DNA from: Octopus vulgaris
Taxonomy: Eukaryota
Direction: 5' to 3'
DNA length: 64,000 nt
NCBI GenBank assembly: GCA_951406725.2
Contig: OX597820.1
Location: 44,330,001-44,394,000 of the forward strand
Shown here: one piece after another, positions 37,953 to 53,013 of the stretch
Numbering within the stretch: the first letter of the stretch is position 1
Layout: each line of letters opens with the position of its first letter
Translations under genes and position numbers: made by a program
The notes under the pieces: generated by a model
Database searches by the model: none
Told to the model about the DNA's origin: nothing
What the model saw: the letters and a program-made list of their open reading frames with translations, nothing else

Positions 37953-37955
<3 letters not shown>
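37274..37955. repeat. pLTR-like modules X and Y; Y contains a hammerhead-like motif with a very long stem II/loop
   Basis: atct-CCGAAGA-ggcc ...~90 nt... gacc-GAAAC-agct-GTA-agat (37598-37724). Confidence 0.6.
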
Positions 37956-38041
<86 letters not shown>

Positions 38042-38109
38042 ATGTATATATGTGTGTATATATATATATATATATACATATTTACACAGTCGACTGATCA
38101 CGTCTGCGA

Positions 38110-38257
38110 CATGCGGTATTTTGTCTGTCGTTACGTTCTGAGTTCAAATTCCGCCGAGGTCGACTTTGCACTAGGGTTGATGTAATCGACTTAATCCGTT
38201 TTGTCTGTCCTTGTTTGTCCCCTCTATGTTTAGCCCCTTGTGGGTAGTAAAGAAATA
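38110..38257 (+). mobile_element. SINE-B tail-2 copy with internal deletion
   Basis: Family match. Confidence 0.8.
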
Positions 38258-38964
38258 TATACATATATATATGTATACTGTATATAATGTATAATATACT
38301 ATATATGCCTATATATTTGTGTGTGTGTGCGTGTGGGGGGTAAATACATATTAGGCAATGAGCACAGAAAAACAACACGGAAGGGACAATTTTTTACAAA
38401 TGTTTTAGGTTAAAGTTTAAAAGGGAAAGAATCATTACGTTTCGGATGCTGCAAAGAGGTGGATGGATGCATGGCCGTACGGAGGGAGGGCGGGAAGAAT
38501 TGATGAACTGACGGACGGATCTCCGTCGGTTTCGACGATGGTAATTCAGTTGTCTGACCAACTGAATCCTCTGCACATAGAATTAGCGTGTCAGTGGCTG
38601 AGTATTCCACAGGCTTATGCATTATTTTCAGGCAAAGGAAGCATGACACGACGTATGACAAAACTATACCTTTAAACTATGCCGCAGGTTTCTATGCAGT
38701 TTCTGCCTACTTAATTCCAACCAAAATGTTTTGGGTCGACTCGAGTGACACTTCTCCAAGATACCATAGCGTGGGATCGATCCGGGAGTCTTAAAGTTTA
38801 CATAGCGAACTTATTAACCATACAGCACATATATATGCGTGTGCGTGTGTGCGCCACTCTGTGAATGTGTGCGTCTGCTTGTGTATGTATGTATATTTGT
38901 ATGTATGTATGTATGTATGTATGTATGTATGTATGTATGCACGTGCCGGTGCATATGTGCGTGC

Positions 38965-38995
<31 letters not shown>

Positions 38996-39354
38996 AGCAT
39001 GTGGATTTGTGTATGCATCCTGTAGTCAAACTCGTGTTGTCCATGATACGATAGACATATGATCAACAGAGTTCCAGTTATGACAACTGCGTCGTTTGTT
39101 TTTGTTTTTTGCTTTTGCTATTTTTGTTGTTGTTTTTCTCAAAGTTAATGCATCCTCTACTACGCTGTCTAATGTACCTTTCCTTTCCAAAGAAGATAGG
39201 ATGTGGCTTGAAGGATTGCTATTTGAAGGATTGAAGGATTGCTTGAAGGATTGCTTGAAGGTTGCTATTTCTAACAGGAACACCGGTCATACTGTGAGTT
39301 ACTTAAGTCCTTCTTTGATTCAGTTCGTATGTGTTTCTGTATTCTTTTATTCTG

Positions 39355-40005
39355 TTACTTGTTTCAATTATTTTGAGTGCAGCCGTACTGGTGCACCACC
39401 TTAAAGGGGTTTCAGTCGAAGCTATTGGCTCCAAGAATTATTCTTTGTGAGCGTAGTACTTATTCCATTGAATCTTTTGCCGAACCGCTAGTTACGAGGA
39501 TGTAAACACACCAACATTGGTTGTCAAGCGATGGTGGGGGTACAAACACAGACACAAAGACACACGCATAAATATCTACATATATATGTGTGTGTGTGTG
39601 TATCTACACACCATCATCCACACTCCTACACGTTACAAACACACACACACACGCAAACATCCACTCACGTCAAACTCACTAGCCCCTATCCAAACACACA
39701 CACACACACACTTGCACATTTTCACACACGCACGCTCATCTTCGTTTTGGGATCACCAATATTTTATTATCTCCTCTTCTTTCTACCTCTCCTGTCAAGA
39801 CTTTTTCTTTCCAACCAGCCGCCATGCTTGACCGCTAAATCCTCAAGTTTTTTTTTATTCCCTCTCTGTTTATTTACTCTTATTTCTTTCTGTTGAAGAG
39901 CGCAGGCTCGAAACTAATACACCTGTTTGTTGTTCATACACCTCTCTTTGTCTTTTGTTTTCCTGTAAATTTCAACTATTTATATATATATATATATATA
40001 TAAAT

Positions 40006-40051
<46 letters not shown>

Positions 40052-40220
40052 TACACGACAAGCTTCTTTCGGCTTCCGTCTGCTAAATCCACTCATAAGG
40101 CTTTGTTCAGCCCGAGGCTATAGTAGATGACACTTGCCCAAGGTGCCAAGCAGTGAAACTGAACCCGGAACCACGTGTTGAGAAGCAAGTTGTCTACCAC
40201 ACAGCCACGACTGTGCCAAT
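39355..40220 (-). mobile_element. SINE-A split by a pLTR-like insert (~39600-40050) in its internal microsatellite
   Basis: 3' half at 39355-39570 and 5' half at 40055-40220. The insert carries ctgttgaagagcgcaggctcgaaac. Confidence 0.7.
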
Positions 40221-40546
40221 ATGTATGTATGTATGTAACAATCTGGGCGCATAAGTATGCGCGCGATGGCACGAGTCACAATGTGTCTGTGGCCCAGTTG
40301 ATAATGTATATGTGACTATAGCCGACAGCTTTGGCAGAAAGAATTTCTAGATTGTAGTAGCCATCCATTTTCTGAAATGGAATGAAGCCATCTAACCGTA
40401 CAGGTCTAACGCTCTTCACAATGTAAGAGCCTACGCTAAAGCGATTTAGTGTTTTCCTTTCTTTCTCCCTTACTTCTCTCTCTCTCCATCTCCCTTTCTG
40501 TCTCTTTCTTTCTCTCTCTCTCCCTCTCCTTCTGTACATATATACA

Positions 40547-40618
<72 letters not shown>

Positions 40619-40851
40619 AATCTAGAGATATTGATAGAGAAATAGGCTTAACTATATATATATATATATATACACCCATTCATACATGCATACATTCATA
40701 CATACATGCATACATACATATGTGTGTGTATACATGTGTGTATGTGTCACTGTCATGTTATCTCACATTCTCTCATATTCTCTTATTTCTAACAGCCTTC
40801 CTCTCTGTCCAACTTTCTTTCTGTCAATCTATGTATCTCTCCCCCTCTCTC

Positions 40852-40904
<53 letters not shown>

Positions 40905-41010
40905 ATCAAGTACAGATATTTCGCCAAATATATAAACGTATACTCGCATATACCCAGAGAAGTATTGCCATATATAAATATATATATATATATATATGAA
41001 CATATATATG

Positions 41011-41049
<39 letters not shown>

Positions 41050-41051
<2 letters not shown>

Positions 41052-42334
41052 AATCCAAACGGGAAACAAAAAAACAACAACAATGGAACAATTACAGTAT
41101 TATTATTAATAGGCGCTCAGGAAATGGAAGCAGGGAGGTATGACGTTTCGAGCGGAGCTCTTCGTCGGAAACATAAAGAAGGAAGAGAGAGGAAAGAAAG
41201 ATCCCAGAGCGGGCAACGGAGATAGAGAAAAAAACGACTGGTGTTTAGGAGTTACACATGGTGAAAGGCGGATGTTTACGATAACAAGAGCAAAGTGGGT
41301 TTTTAAAGGCAAAAGAGTGGAGACAAGGTTGGTAACGCAACAGATGTGTGTGTATGTGTGAGTGTGTGCGTGTGCGTGTGTGTATGTGTGTGTGTGAGGC
41401 GAGATAAAAAAACAAAAAATATATGTATGTGTTAGTGTGTGCGTCTGTGTGTAGGCGTGTGAGGTAGGGCGAGACGGTGGTCAGCATGGCAGCAGCATAG
41501 CAGACAAAGGTCAGTAGTAAGAAAAGGGAGGAAGGAGGAAGGGAGGGAGGGGAAGGGGTGGGGGCGTATGTAGCGTGCCAGCGTGTGTTGAGTAGTAGTG
41601 TGTGTGTGTGTCCAGTGTCGTGGTAGTATTAATGGCGAGTAGATTGAATGTGTGTAAGAGTAATGTATATGTTTAAGCAATGTGTGTATATGTGTGCGCG
41701 TGTGTGTAACGAAAAAGGGGGGTTAAGGAAAAGGACTCCAGCTGAGGGGAAGATGGAAGAGTGGTCCCGCGGAGACGGGCGTGGGAAAACCCAACGACAA
41801 GCGACATCCCAGGAACGGGCGGGAGGTCTCGTCGGGTCCAAGGGCGAGGTGCATGCGGCGCATGCGTGCGCGAACCGGCGCAAGCGCGTGTGTGCGCGCG
41901 CCTGCGAGTGTGCGCGTACGTATGTGTGTGTGTGGATGTGTGAGTGTGTCTGTGTGTATGTCTGGGTGGCAGTGTGTCCGATGAATGTATGTGAGTATGT
42001 GTGTATATATGTGTGTGCATAGATGTATGTCCGTGTGTGTGTGTGTGTGTGTATGTGTATGAGTGTGTATGTATGTACGTGTGGGTGTGGGGAAGTGTGT
42101 GTATGTGCATGTGTGTGCGCGAACATACAGGTGTGTGAGTGAGTGTGTGTGTGTGTATGTATGTGTGAGTGTGTATGTATGTGTGTGTAGGATGCATGTA
42201 TGTGTATGGGTGTATGTATGCGTGTGTGTATGTATGTATGTGTACGTGCGTGTGTGTGTGTGTATGCGTGTAGGTGTGCGCGTGTGCATGCGTGCATGCA
42301 TATATATATATATATAATGTATGTACACATATGC

Positions 42335-42367
<33 letters not shown>

Positions 42368-42382
42368 CATACATATATTATA

Positions 42383-42424
<42 letters not shown>

Positions 42425-42620
42425 TAATCCAAACAAGAAAGCACCAAAAAAAAAACACAACAACGCAAGAACGTGGAACAAATATAGTATTATTGGACGC
42501 TCAGGAAAGAAGGAAAGAAGAGCGGTGCTCTTCGTTGGAAACATAGGAGAGGGAAAGATCCAGAGAAGGGAAGACAGAGGAAAAATATCGCCAACGGTAC
42601 ACACGAGGTCACATTTTGAA
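41050..42620 (-). mobile_element. Two diverged direct pLTR-like repeats (41050-41240, 42425-42620) bracketing a CA-rich interior
   Basis: Both read aatccaaac..aacaac..ggaaca..gcgctcaggaaa..gagcgg.gctcttcgt.ggaaacata. Confidence 0.55.
41141..41172 (-). ncRNA. Minimal hammerhead-like motif
   Basis: Reverse complement CCGACGA-A-GAGC-tcc-GCTC-GAAAC-GTC. Stem III is the palindrome ACGT. Stem I is not evident. Confidence 0.5.
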
Positions 42621-42625
42621 ATATA

Positions 42626-42675
<50 letters not shown>

Positions 42676-42680
42676 CATAC

Positions 42681-42752
<72 letters not shown>

Positions 42753-43429
42753 GCATGCATGTATGTATGTATGTATGTATACGTAAATATTGAGCGATAA
42801 AATAAGTGCTCAACACCGCATTGGTGGATATATAATTTCTTTATTTATGAATTAAGGATACCATTGGTTTCATGTTAAGAAAAGTAGGAAAATATCCTAG
42901 TGTATTAGCAATTTGTCTAGCCGATCACATGAAGAAAGGCGTTTGCATCTATTTTGGAAAACAATCTCGCTTCTTTCACGGGATTTGTCGTAAATTCGCG
43001 CGTAAATAAAACGTTCAATCAATGAATCAAAGGACGTTACACTTGAGTGGCATCTTTAGGATGTTTGTCTCTCTTGAATCTGTCTTTTGGGTAAAAATTT
43101 TTTCATACTACCGGACGTGTAGACAAAGTGCTGTCAAAGTGGTTATAATAATTAAAGGAATAAAACAACACGCGATCTTACAAATGTTGATAATCTACTG
43201 GTTTGAAAGTAGACAGTAATTCACAGTATAGAAAAATAACACATTTCAAATTACAACATTAGTAAAAGCAAGGTGTACGTACATGTGCCTGTAATTCAAC
43301 TCAGTATTTCATGTACTATAGCAGATGTATTCTTTGTGGAGTTCATGAATAAAAGTTCTTTTCTGAGCGCTGCAGTGGTAAAACCAGATCATGTTAAGGT
43401 TGAAAACGTAAAAAAAATAAATATGCATG

Positions 43430-43870
43430 CGCCGACGTGACCGTGTGAGTTAAAAAGCTTGTTTCCCAATTATGTGATCTTGGGTTCAGTCCCACTATGT
43501 AGCATCATGGGCATGTATCTTCTATTATAACCCCCGGGCCGACAAAAGCCTTGTGACTGGATTCGGTATACAGCAAACTGAAAAAAAGCTCGTTACATGT
43601 GTACACCTGTGTATGTGTGTATATGTGTGCGTATGTGTGTGCCCGTGCGTATGCGTGTGTGTGTACGTGCGTACGTGTGTGTGTGTGTGTTTCTGTTATG
43701 TTTGTCCCCCAGCGCCGCTTGAAAACTGCTGTTGGTTTGTTAACGACCCCCGTAACATAACGGTTCGTCCAAGCGGACAGCTATAAAGAGTATCTGACTT
43801 AATCTAAATACTAGTTTCAATTTGATTGACTAAACCTTTCAAGGCCCCAGCGCTTACTAAAACAAATAAA
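43430..43870 (+). mobile_element. Diverged SINE-A
   Basis: gggttcagtcccact..cttctattataacccccgggccgac.. and the 3' half after a (TG)n tract. Confidence 0.7.
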
Positions 43871-43939
43871 AGGTACTCGGTAAACGAGATACGTTTTACA
43901 GACATTGACAGAAGAATTGAATATTGTATTCTTATATTC

Positions 43940-44186
43940 TTTTACTTGTTTCATTCATTTGACTGTGGCCCTGCTAGAGCACCGTCTTGAAGGGTTTTAG
44001 TCGAACAAATCGACCCCAGGACCTATTTTTGAGCCTAGTACTTATTCTATAGGTCTCTTAAGTCGAACCGCTACGTTAGGAGGACGTAAACACCAAGACC
44101 AGTTGTCAAGCGGTGATAGGATGAGGGACAAGCACAGACACACACACATATATTTTTATACGTAGATATAAATATAATATATATAA

Positions 44187-44262
<76 letters not shown>

Positions 44263-44289
44263 ATATATTAAATATATATATATATATAA

Positions 44290-44379
<90 letters not shown>

Positions 44380-45198
44380 TATTATATCGTATACATATAT
44401 TCTTCCTCTTCTTCTTCTTCCTCTTCTTCTTCATCATCATCATTATCATCATCATCGTCGTCATCATCATCACCACCATCATCACCACCATCTTCTCCTT
44501 CTCCTCCTTCTTCTTCTTCTTCTTCATCATCATCATTATCATCATCATCGTCGTCATAATCATCACCACCACCACCATCATCGTCATCTTCTCCTTCTCC
44601 TTCTTCTTCTTCTTCTTCTTCTTCTTCTACTTCTCCACCCCCTACCCCTTAACTTTGTCACTAATGTTTTTTAGTATAACACCTACGCTAATTCTATAAA
44701 CAAGCCTGTCAATATAAATATTCTCCTGAATTGAACTGAGACTGCCAGCCGCCACTGACCATTCAAAATACGACCATCAGGGCACTCCCAGATTCTCCCA
44801 TCCCTCTTTCCCCACCAGCCTTCTTCCTCTACTACCCTTCCAAGAACTCACAACGACCTCCGACACACAAGTGCAAACAAGGGAGTCAGAGAAAGGCAGA
44901 ATGCCACTTAAATCTGAACACTACTATAGAAATATTCTTTTAAAAAACTTTTCTTCTAATTTTTCTAAATTTAATTATTTAATCGTTACAGTTGAAAAGG
45001 TCTCAAAATGACCGAAACCGGTACTGAAATGTTCACTATAAAATTATTTTAGCATTTTCTATTTTTGACTTGTTTTTTCATATATATCAACTCGTGTGTT
45101 CCTTTTCACCCTTATACATATATATATATATATGCATATATATATGTACACACCCACACCCACACACACATATATAAATACATATATATATACGTATA

Positions 45199-45292
<94 letters not shown>

Positions 45293-45420
45293 TCGGGTTG
45301 CTTTCAGTTTCTGTCTACCAAAACCACTGTCAATGCTTTGGTCGGTCCGAAGCTATAATAGAAGACACTTGCCCAAGATAGCATGCATTGGGACAGCTTC
45401 TGGCCACACAACTACGCCTA
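43940..45420 (-). mobile_element. SINE-A split by ~1.1 kb of inserted sequence
   Basis: 3' half at 43940-44150 and 5' half at 45290-45420. The insert holds a TTC/ATC duplication (44400-44630) and a pLTR-like segment. Confidence 0.65.
44989..45026 (+). ncRNA. Degenerate minimal hammerhead motif
   Basis: cag-TTGAAAA-ggtc-tcaaaat-gacc-GAAAC-cg-GTA-ctg. Stems I, II and the ACCGGT palindrome are intact, but the core differs from CTGANGA at two positions. Confidence 0.45.
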
Positions 45421-46169
45421 ATTGATTGATTACTGCTGAAACCTAAATTTGCATAATATTTTAGATCAACTGAAAAGACAATTTCGTTTGTTGGTTCCTG
45501 TCCTAGTCATATCTGTCGAAGTAAAGAAATACATAGCAAACAGACTTACTAATGGCTTACAATTTGTTAATCCTCGACGGACTCTCTCTATTATTACGTA
45601 GTTGCGTGTAATGTTAATCAATAAAGGTGAGACAAGAGCGAATGTACTCTTTCTTTTATAATAGCATAAGTTATACACAGCTTAGGTTATCCTTTAGTCA
45701 GTTTATTTCACGGTATGTTGGTACATTGTTTGACATTCGGGTGGTTGTAACTGCTTTTGTCATACAAGTTTTCCTTCCCAAAGTCGAATCAACTTGTGCA
45801 TCTTGGTATTAATGTTGGTGCCTTCTTCTTCTTCTTCTTCTTCTTCTTCTTCTTCTTCTTCTTCTTCTTCTTCTTCTTCTTCTTCTTCTTCTAATCAGGA
45901 CTCACGCCATTAGCCACAAAGAATAATCTCTAATTCGAGACTACTCTAAGCTACTAAGAATGCGTGTAGCAACTTGAAGATCCACCCACCACACGCGATA
46001 GACTGGCGGTTGCACGGGCGCGAAGGCTACGTTGTTATCCTCATTCCGTAAACGGTGGTTTTTAACGGGTGGAGAGCTGAACCATCCTGAGGTACAGAGG
46101 ATTCGCAATCTAGACTAGGGTCTGAAAGTTTTACCACACCATAGTGGGTTACACCATGGTTCCTCTTTT

Positions 46170-46372
46170 TTTTGTAGCAGAAGTAGGAAGAAAGAGTGAA
46201 AGTTGTGGTGAAAGAATACAGCGGGGTTCACCACCACCACCCGCTCCGGAACGTCGTGGAGCTTAGGTGTTTTTGCTCAATAAACACTCACAATGCCCAG
46301 TCTGGGAATCGAAACCGCGTTCTTACGACCGCGAGTCCGTGTGCCCTAACCACTGGGCCATTGCGCCTCCAC
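46170..46372 (-). mobile_element. SINE-C (tRNA-derived), partial
   Basis: ggaggcgcaatggcccagtggttagggc..gcggtttcgattcccagac. Same family as 50460-50713. Confidence 0.8.
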
Positions 46373-47619
46373 TGATGTTGGTGTTGGCGTCGTGACCTCC
46401 GCCACTACCGTCAATAGTATTTGTGTTGGTCGTGATGGTTGTGGTTATATTGTTGTTACTGCTAATTTGTTGCGGATAACGGACTCTCTCTTTCGACCTT
46501 CGTCATTAAACTCTCGATGAAGACGTTTTCTCTTCGTACCTCCTCTCCAATCCTCATTGCTTATCTGATCTCTTCCTCATCCCGTTCGCCACAGCTGATA
46601 TTTTCAACACCATGCTAAGTGAATTTTCAAAACGAATAGTTCAATATATCCCACAAACACACACGCACACACACAGGCACATACACATACATCTAGTTAC
46701 ACAAATTAAGATGCAGATTTAAAAGGAAGGCTTAACCTAAGTCTTTAGTAAGGCAATACTGCTGACATCAACTTCTGATATTGGTGCGGAGAAAGAATTA
46801 AAACAATTAAATCGAGTAAATGTTTTCTCACTCTCTCGGACGGAGGAGTTTTGAAACATTAGATTCCTTATGTCGTAATTGCATATAAACTTATCAACAC
46901 TCGAATAGATCTGCCAGTTTTCATACAGGTTTGTGCCTCATGGACATACTAACTTAATGAATAACTTTGTTAGTTATTGTTATGCTTTGCTGTTACTGTT
47001 GTTTTGTTTTTGTTGTTGTTGTTGTTGTTGTTGTTGTGTGTTGCAGTTTGGTGCATTTTCATATGCATTGTCTTTGAGAATTTCATTTCCAAAACATTAA
47101 CTGCAGTGAAGGTCTTTCCATGCATACAACTTCATTTTAATCATCTCTGATTAGTGCGCATTGAATCAATTATTTCCAGCTTGATAAAGCTTTGCACACG
47201 CCGGCAAATTTAGTATTTCCTGTTTACAGAGAAGATCGGCAGTTCTTAATGAACTGTGAGCAACGGATTCGATGTCTGTAACAATACGGAAACATGTGTC
47301 CTGTAGTTCGATGACATCATTCATAGTCCAGGTCGGTGTGCTTTCACACACATAGTCTCTGCATTTTATGTTGGCTACATTCAGGTTATAGTTTTTGTTG
47401 ACTTTTGTGGCTGTAGTTTAGATGGTACGCTTTAAACACCTCTTCTACTGCTGTTAAGCACACCACATAGCGCGATACGTACGTACATACACTTATTATT
47501 GAGCGTATACGTGTATGAAGATATACGTGTGTACGTGTGTGTGCGTGTGCGTGTATATGTGTATGTGTTTGTGTGTTTGCATGCGTGTGTGTGTATTTGT
47601 ATAAGCTGTGTAGATAAGA

Positions 47620-47757
47620 AATTCGCTTTGTAACCACGTGTTCAGTTTCAGTCTCACTGCGCGGCACCTTGAGCAAGTGTCCTCTACTATAGTTCCGGTT
47701 GGGCCAATGCATTGTAAATGAATTTGGCTGACGGAAACAACGTGGATGCCGGCCGTA
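47620..47757 (+). mobile_element. SINE-A 5' half followed by (GT)n
   Basis: ttcagtctcactgcgcggcaccttgagcaagtgtc. Confidence 0.7.
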
Positions 47758-47766
47758 CATGCATAC

Positions 47767-47852
<86 letters not shown>

Positions 47853-48199
47853 GCTTCGCGTTTCCTTGTTATCGAAGATGTTATCGTGGTTTCTTCATCG
47901 ACACTGTTAATGATTTCATTTTTCATATGTTTGAGATGGATCGTTGGTTACAAAATTAAAACTGAATCTCTGAAGAATATCTTTGACTTGAAGTCTCTGT
48001 CGAGCTCTGCCTTGTCTATCTGATTCTTCTTTTTTTCCTCCAGTTTATTGATGTTGCGTGTTATTTTAGCAACAGGTCTTTCTCCCTAAGTTTTTCTTTC
48101 ATGTTTCCACGAACTGGTTGTTAGGTTGGATGTTTAATAAGGGAATATTATTTTTGGTGAAGTCCTGAAAGAATTTTATGCGTGATTTTTCTAGGCGGT

Positions 48200-48440
48200 G
48201 ACTTCTATAAATACAAAATACAGGAAATGTATGGTATTCTGAGTCTCAGAACGTTTTGTTTTAGGAATCTCAGGTTACGGTTGTGAGAGTTGTCCAGGCA
48301 CTGAGGGTTGCTCGCATTCGATTGGTAACGCCAAAATAGCAGGGTCTGAAACTTTGGACAAGATGCTGCCGAAAGAAGTGAAGGAAGAAACCTCCACAAG
48401 TTCACCATGGATAGTAGTTTGCGTGGCTTCGGCTTTGTTA
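48200..48440 (-). mobile_element. RTE-like LINE RT fragment
   Basis: IHGELVEVSSFTSFGSILSK resembles the RTE/L2-type xLExVxxFxYLGSxI motif. Confidence 0.5.
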
Positions 48441-49529
48441 TCCGCATCATCTATGAGCCTGTGAAGGCAATACCAACACCATTGAAAGCGGAGAGGGAAA
48501 TATTTTAGCAAATGACATTAGTAAACAAACCGCCAGCTACTTTTTATGCCAGCCATGTTGATTTTGCCATGTTCCCCAAGCAGTCATGTATGTCAGCACC
48601 ATCAGTTCTAAGAAACTTAACACTACTTTCTCCCCGATGTGTAACAGAAAATGGCTCTTTTTCTGATTCTATTCCCAAAGTGCCACGCAGTGGGATTGAA
48701 CCTGAAGTACGTCGTAACAAATCGAAACTCTTAACTAGACAAACTTTCTCAAACTCAGATGAGTACTGTAGAGTAAATTCATACTTCCTATTCGTCAGTT
48801 TTACAATTCGTTTTCAATGTTTATGAAGCAAGATGAATGTCACAACTTCCCTTTGTTCCTTCTCCCACACACCACCCAATGATGTAAGGTATCCAAATTC
48901 TGAAATAAATCAATTATTGCACCCTCTAGCTCTTCACCAACTCGACCACAGCCACCACCATTTCCTCCCACTGATACAGACACTCTTTACCGCCGACGGC
49001 GTAAATTTAATATAACCTACATTTCTTGCATGCAAATTTACCGAAATAATTTTGAATCTACTGATTATGGCTCGGAGCAAAGAAGATAAGCATGCAGTCG
49101 TCTTCCGGTTTGATATAGCAAAAATAAGTGTGTGTAGAAGAAAAGAAATTTCTGCATGACATTAAAAGTTTCACGAATTATTTTCTCTTAATGACTTTTA
49201 AGGATCTTTTATTTTAAGATTTTTAAACACACACTCACACACACACATACACGCATTTAAACACAAGCACTCAAACACACACACATTTAAACACACACAC
49301 ATTTAAACAAACGCACATGCACATGTGTTTAAATGTGTGTATGTGCGTGTGTGATCGCACGCATGTCTGCTATTTATGTTTTCGTAATGAAAAACACCAA
49401 AAAAAGCAATAATTTAAGAAAAACTTATTAGATGATCTAAAGTCAAATGTGCATTTATTTTTAAAGAAATCAACTGTGACATCGAAGTTCCGCCGAGACA
49501 CTGGGTGATTTATGATATATTTCGGATGA

Positions 49530-49960
49530 AGGGTAACGAACTGGCGAAATCGTTAGCTACGTTGCGCAAAATGCTTAGCGGCATTTCGTCCGTCCTTACG
49601 TTCTGAGTTCAAATTTCACCGAGGTCGACTTTCCCTTTTATCCTTTCGAAGTTGATAAAATAAATACTAGTTGAACAAAGGTGAGGTGGACGGTTTTGTG
49701 GTATCTCTTCTGGTTATTTGTGTTCTGACAACAGCACCTATTCCGACATTAGTGCCAAACTGTATCGACCTTGATTTCTCTTGGACGTTACCAGTAGCAT
49801 GTAGAGGGTAGACTTACATGCATAGACAATTCTACTTGCTTTCCGCAAAAAAGATCTTGTCTAGATTTGTGCCTTTGATAGAAGCTTCTCGGTGCAAAAA
49901 CCCATGATCAACCAGAATTACCTCCAGAATTGCTGGCCTTGTACCAAAACTTGAAACCAT
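49530..49960 (+). mobile_element. SINE-B interrupted by a ~230-bp repeat (49683-49914)
   Basis: The SINE body stops at ~49678 and the tail gaattgctggccttgtacc resumes at ~49925. Confidence 0.7.
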
Positions 49961-50459
49961 TATGTATTTCGGGTGAGTAGTATTCTTTTCAATATATGTT
50001 TCTATGTCTTTTAGCTGAAAGAACTTAGTTGTTCGAAGTCATGACCATTATTTGAAAAACTGATGCAATATCTTTTATATCAGCTGTTCCTTTCTAATTC
50101 ATTGTTTATGATTACCAACACAAGTTATATGACATTAAAAAAAAGCTTCAATCATTGTTTTTATTTTCGTTTTTGTTGTTGCTTGTATTTTGTAACCTTT
50201 GGTCTGTTCAGATCGAGCCGACCTATGGTCAAAATTATTTTATCTGTCACAATTTCGTCTTTTATTTTTACCCAGATGCTGTGAACCACATGCTACATGT
50301 TCAAACTTGTCTACTTTGAAGACGGGAAGATGCGATTTGAAGAAATTTCCGTCCTTGTTTCTTGCAGGCTGAGCGATCCCGTCGAGATAAATGATATGTT
50401 AGACACATTATATTTTCCCAGAACTTAAAGACAGGCTATCTGACAGAAGAAATCTAGAA

Positions 50460-50713
50460 CAAAAGACACATAGATAAGAAGCAACAAAGGCTCAGCGGTT
50501 GCGTAGGAGGTCGGGGACAAGAAACAGGAAGAAAGAGTGAGAGAAAGTTGTAGCGAAAGAGTACAACAGGTGTCGCCACCACCCCCTGCCGGAGCCTCGT
50601 GGAGCATTAGGTGTTTTCGCTCAATAAACACACACAACGCCCGGTCTGGGAATCGAAACCGCGATCCTCCGACCGCGAGTCCGCCGCCCTAACCACTGTG
50701 CCATTGCGCCTCC
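50460..50713 (-). mobile_element. SINE-C (tRNA-derived)
   Basis: A-box tggcacagtggttagg and B-box ggtttcgattccc, followed by a non-tRNA body. Confidence 0.8.
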
Positions 50714-51249
50714 TGTTGCTGCTGTTGTTATTGCTGTAGTTATTGCTGTTGTCGATGTTGTTGTTGTTGTTGTTGCTGCTGCTACTGCTGCTATTGAAAA
50801 CGGTCGGATGTGATTTGAGGGACACTTTGCCGTTATTTCTAGTCTGTCTAGCGGCCCAAGTAGAGCATTTCCTAACTGACTCCTCTTCTCTTGATTGGTA
50901 TAGCAGTGAGGAGAGAGAGAAAGTAGCTTTACCATTCTGAACCGTTGAATTTTCTTGCACACACTCTATGCATTCTATACTTTCCTAACGCCCTGGTGGT
51001 TTATGTGATACATAAGAACTCAATTCCTAAGTTATATTAATTTAATGTTCCCTAAGTCATTAATATAACAGTGTTTCGAGATATTATAGGAGTTATGGAT
51101 TATAGCTCACAAGTTAACTAAACTGATAAATTAGGCAAATTGCATGAGTTAGGTTGGTTAAATACGACGGTAGATGGATAATGGCATTTCAAAGAAAATT
51201 TATAGCCTGATAATTTTCAGAAGTATAGAACTTCGAATTTTACCTTGCA

Positions 51250-52285
<1,036 letters not shown>

Positions 52286-52782
52286 ACAGATGCAGATCTG
52301 TTGTCTGTATATATAACATCATTATGGATAAAAAAAGCGGGGGTCAGTCGGACTAGTTTTAATCTTGTGTTGGATTTTCATTAGCAACTGAACACTCTTT
52401 TGAACTATGCACATAAATACTAATTATAAACCCACGGTCACTGAAAGCCTGAGTAAACTGAAAGTACTGGTCACGGTGGTGGTGGCGGTGGCGGCGGTCA
52501 TCATCGTCGTCGTCATCGTCGTGTTTAACTGCAATTCAGCTCCAATGAAGCAGACCTATAGGTGAAAAGGCATTCCAGCCGTGACCATCTCATACATTTT
52601 TCGGGGTTTTTTTCCGGTTTTGAAATAACGTGTATCCAGCAATACATCATCCAGTGTGTCCTTTATAAGACAATAAAGTGTACTTCGTAGTATTTGCTCC
52701 GAATTTCTGCGCTCCCACCGAAATCAACTTTTAAAATGTATCAATACATGTGGGTGAACTAGCCCAACTTTTAGAGCTCCAT

Positions 52783-53013
52783 GAGGTGGATGGTTTTGTG
52801 GTATCTCTTCTGGTTATTTGTGTTCTGGCAACAGCACCTATTCCAACATCGGTGCCAACCCGCATCGACATTGCTTTCTCTTGGACGTTACCAGTAGCAT
52901 GTAGAGGGTAGACTTACATGCATAGACAATTCTACTTGCTTTCCGCAAAAAAGACCTTGTCTAGATTTGTGCCTTTGATAGAAGCTTCCCGGTGCAAAAA
53001 CCCATGATCAACC
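52783..53013 (+). repeat. Second copy of the 49683-49914 segment
   Basis: gaggtgga.ggttttgtggtatctcttctgg...aaacccatgatcaacca, roughly 90% identical by eye. Confidence 0.9.

Noticed and set aside
47166-47380. Host exon (CESTPTWTMNDVIELQDTCFRIV)
   Set aside because: Short, with no supportive splice context. At most a faint resemblance to a decayed CR1/L2 RT C-terminus, too weak to call.
50640-50713. tRNA gene (also 46300-46372)
   Set aside because: A and B boxes are present but run into a shared SINE body, with no clear acceptor stem or terminator. These are SINE heads.
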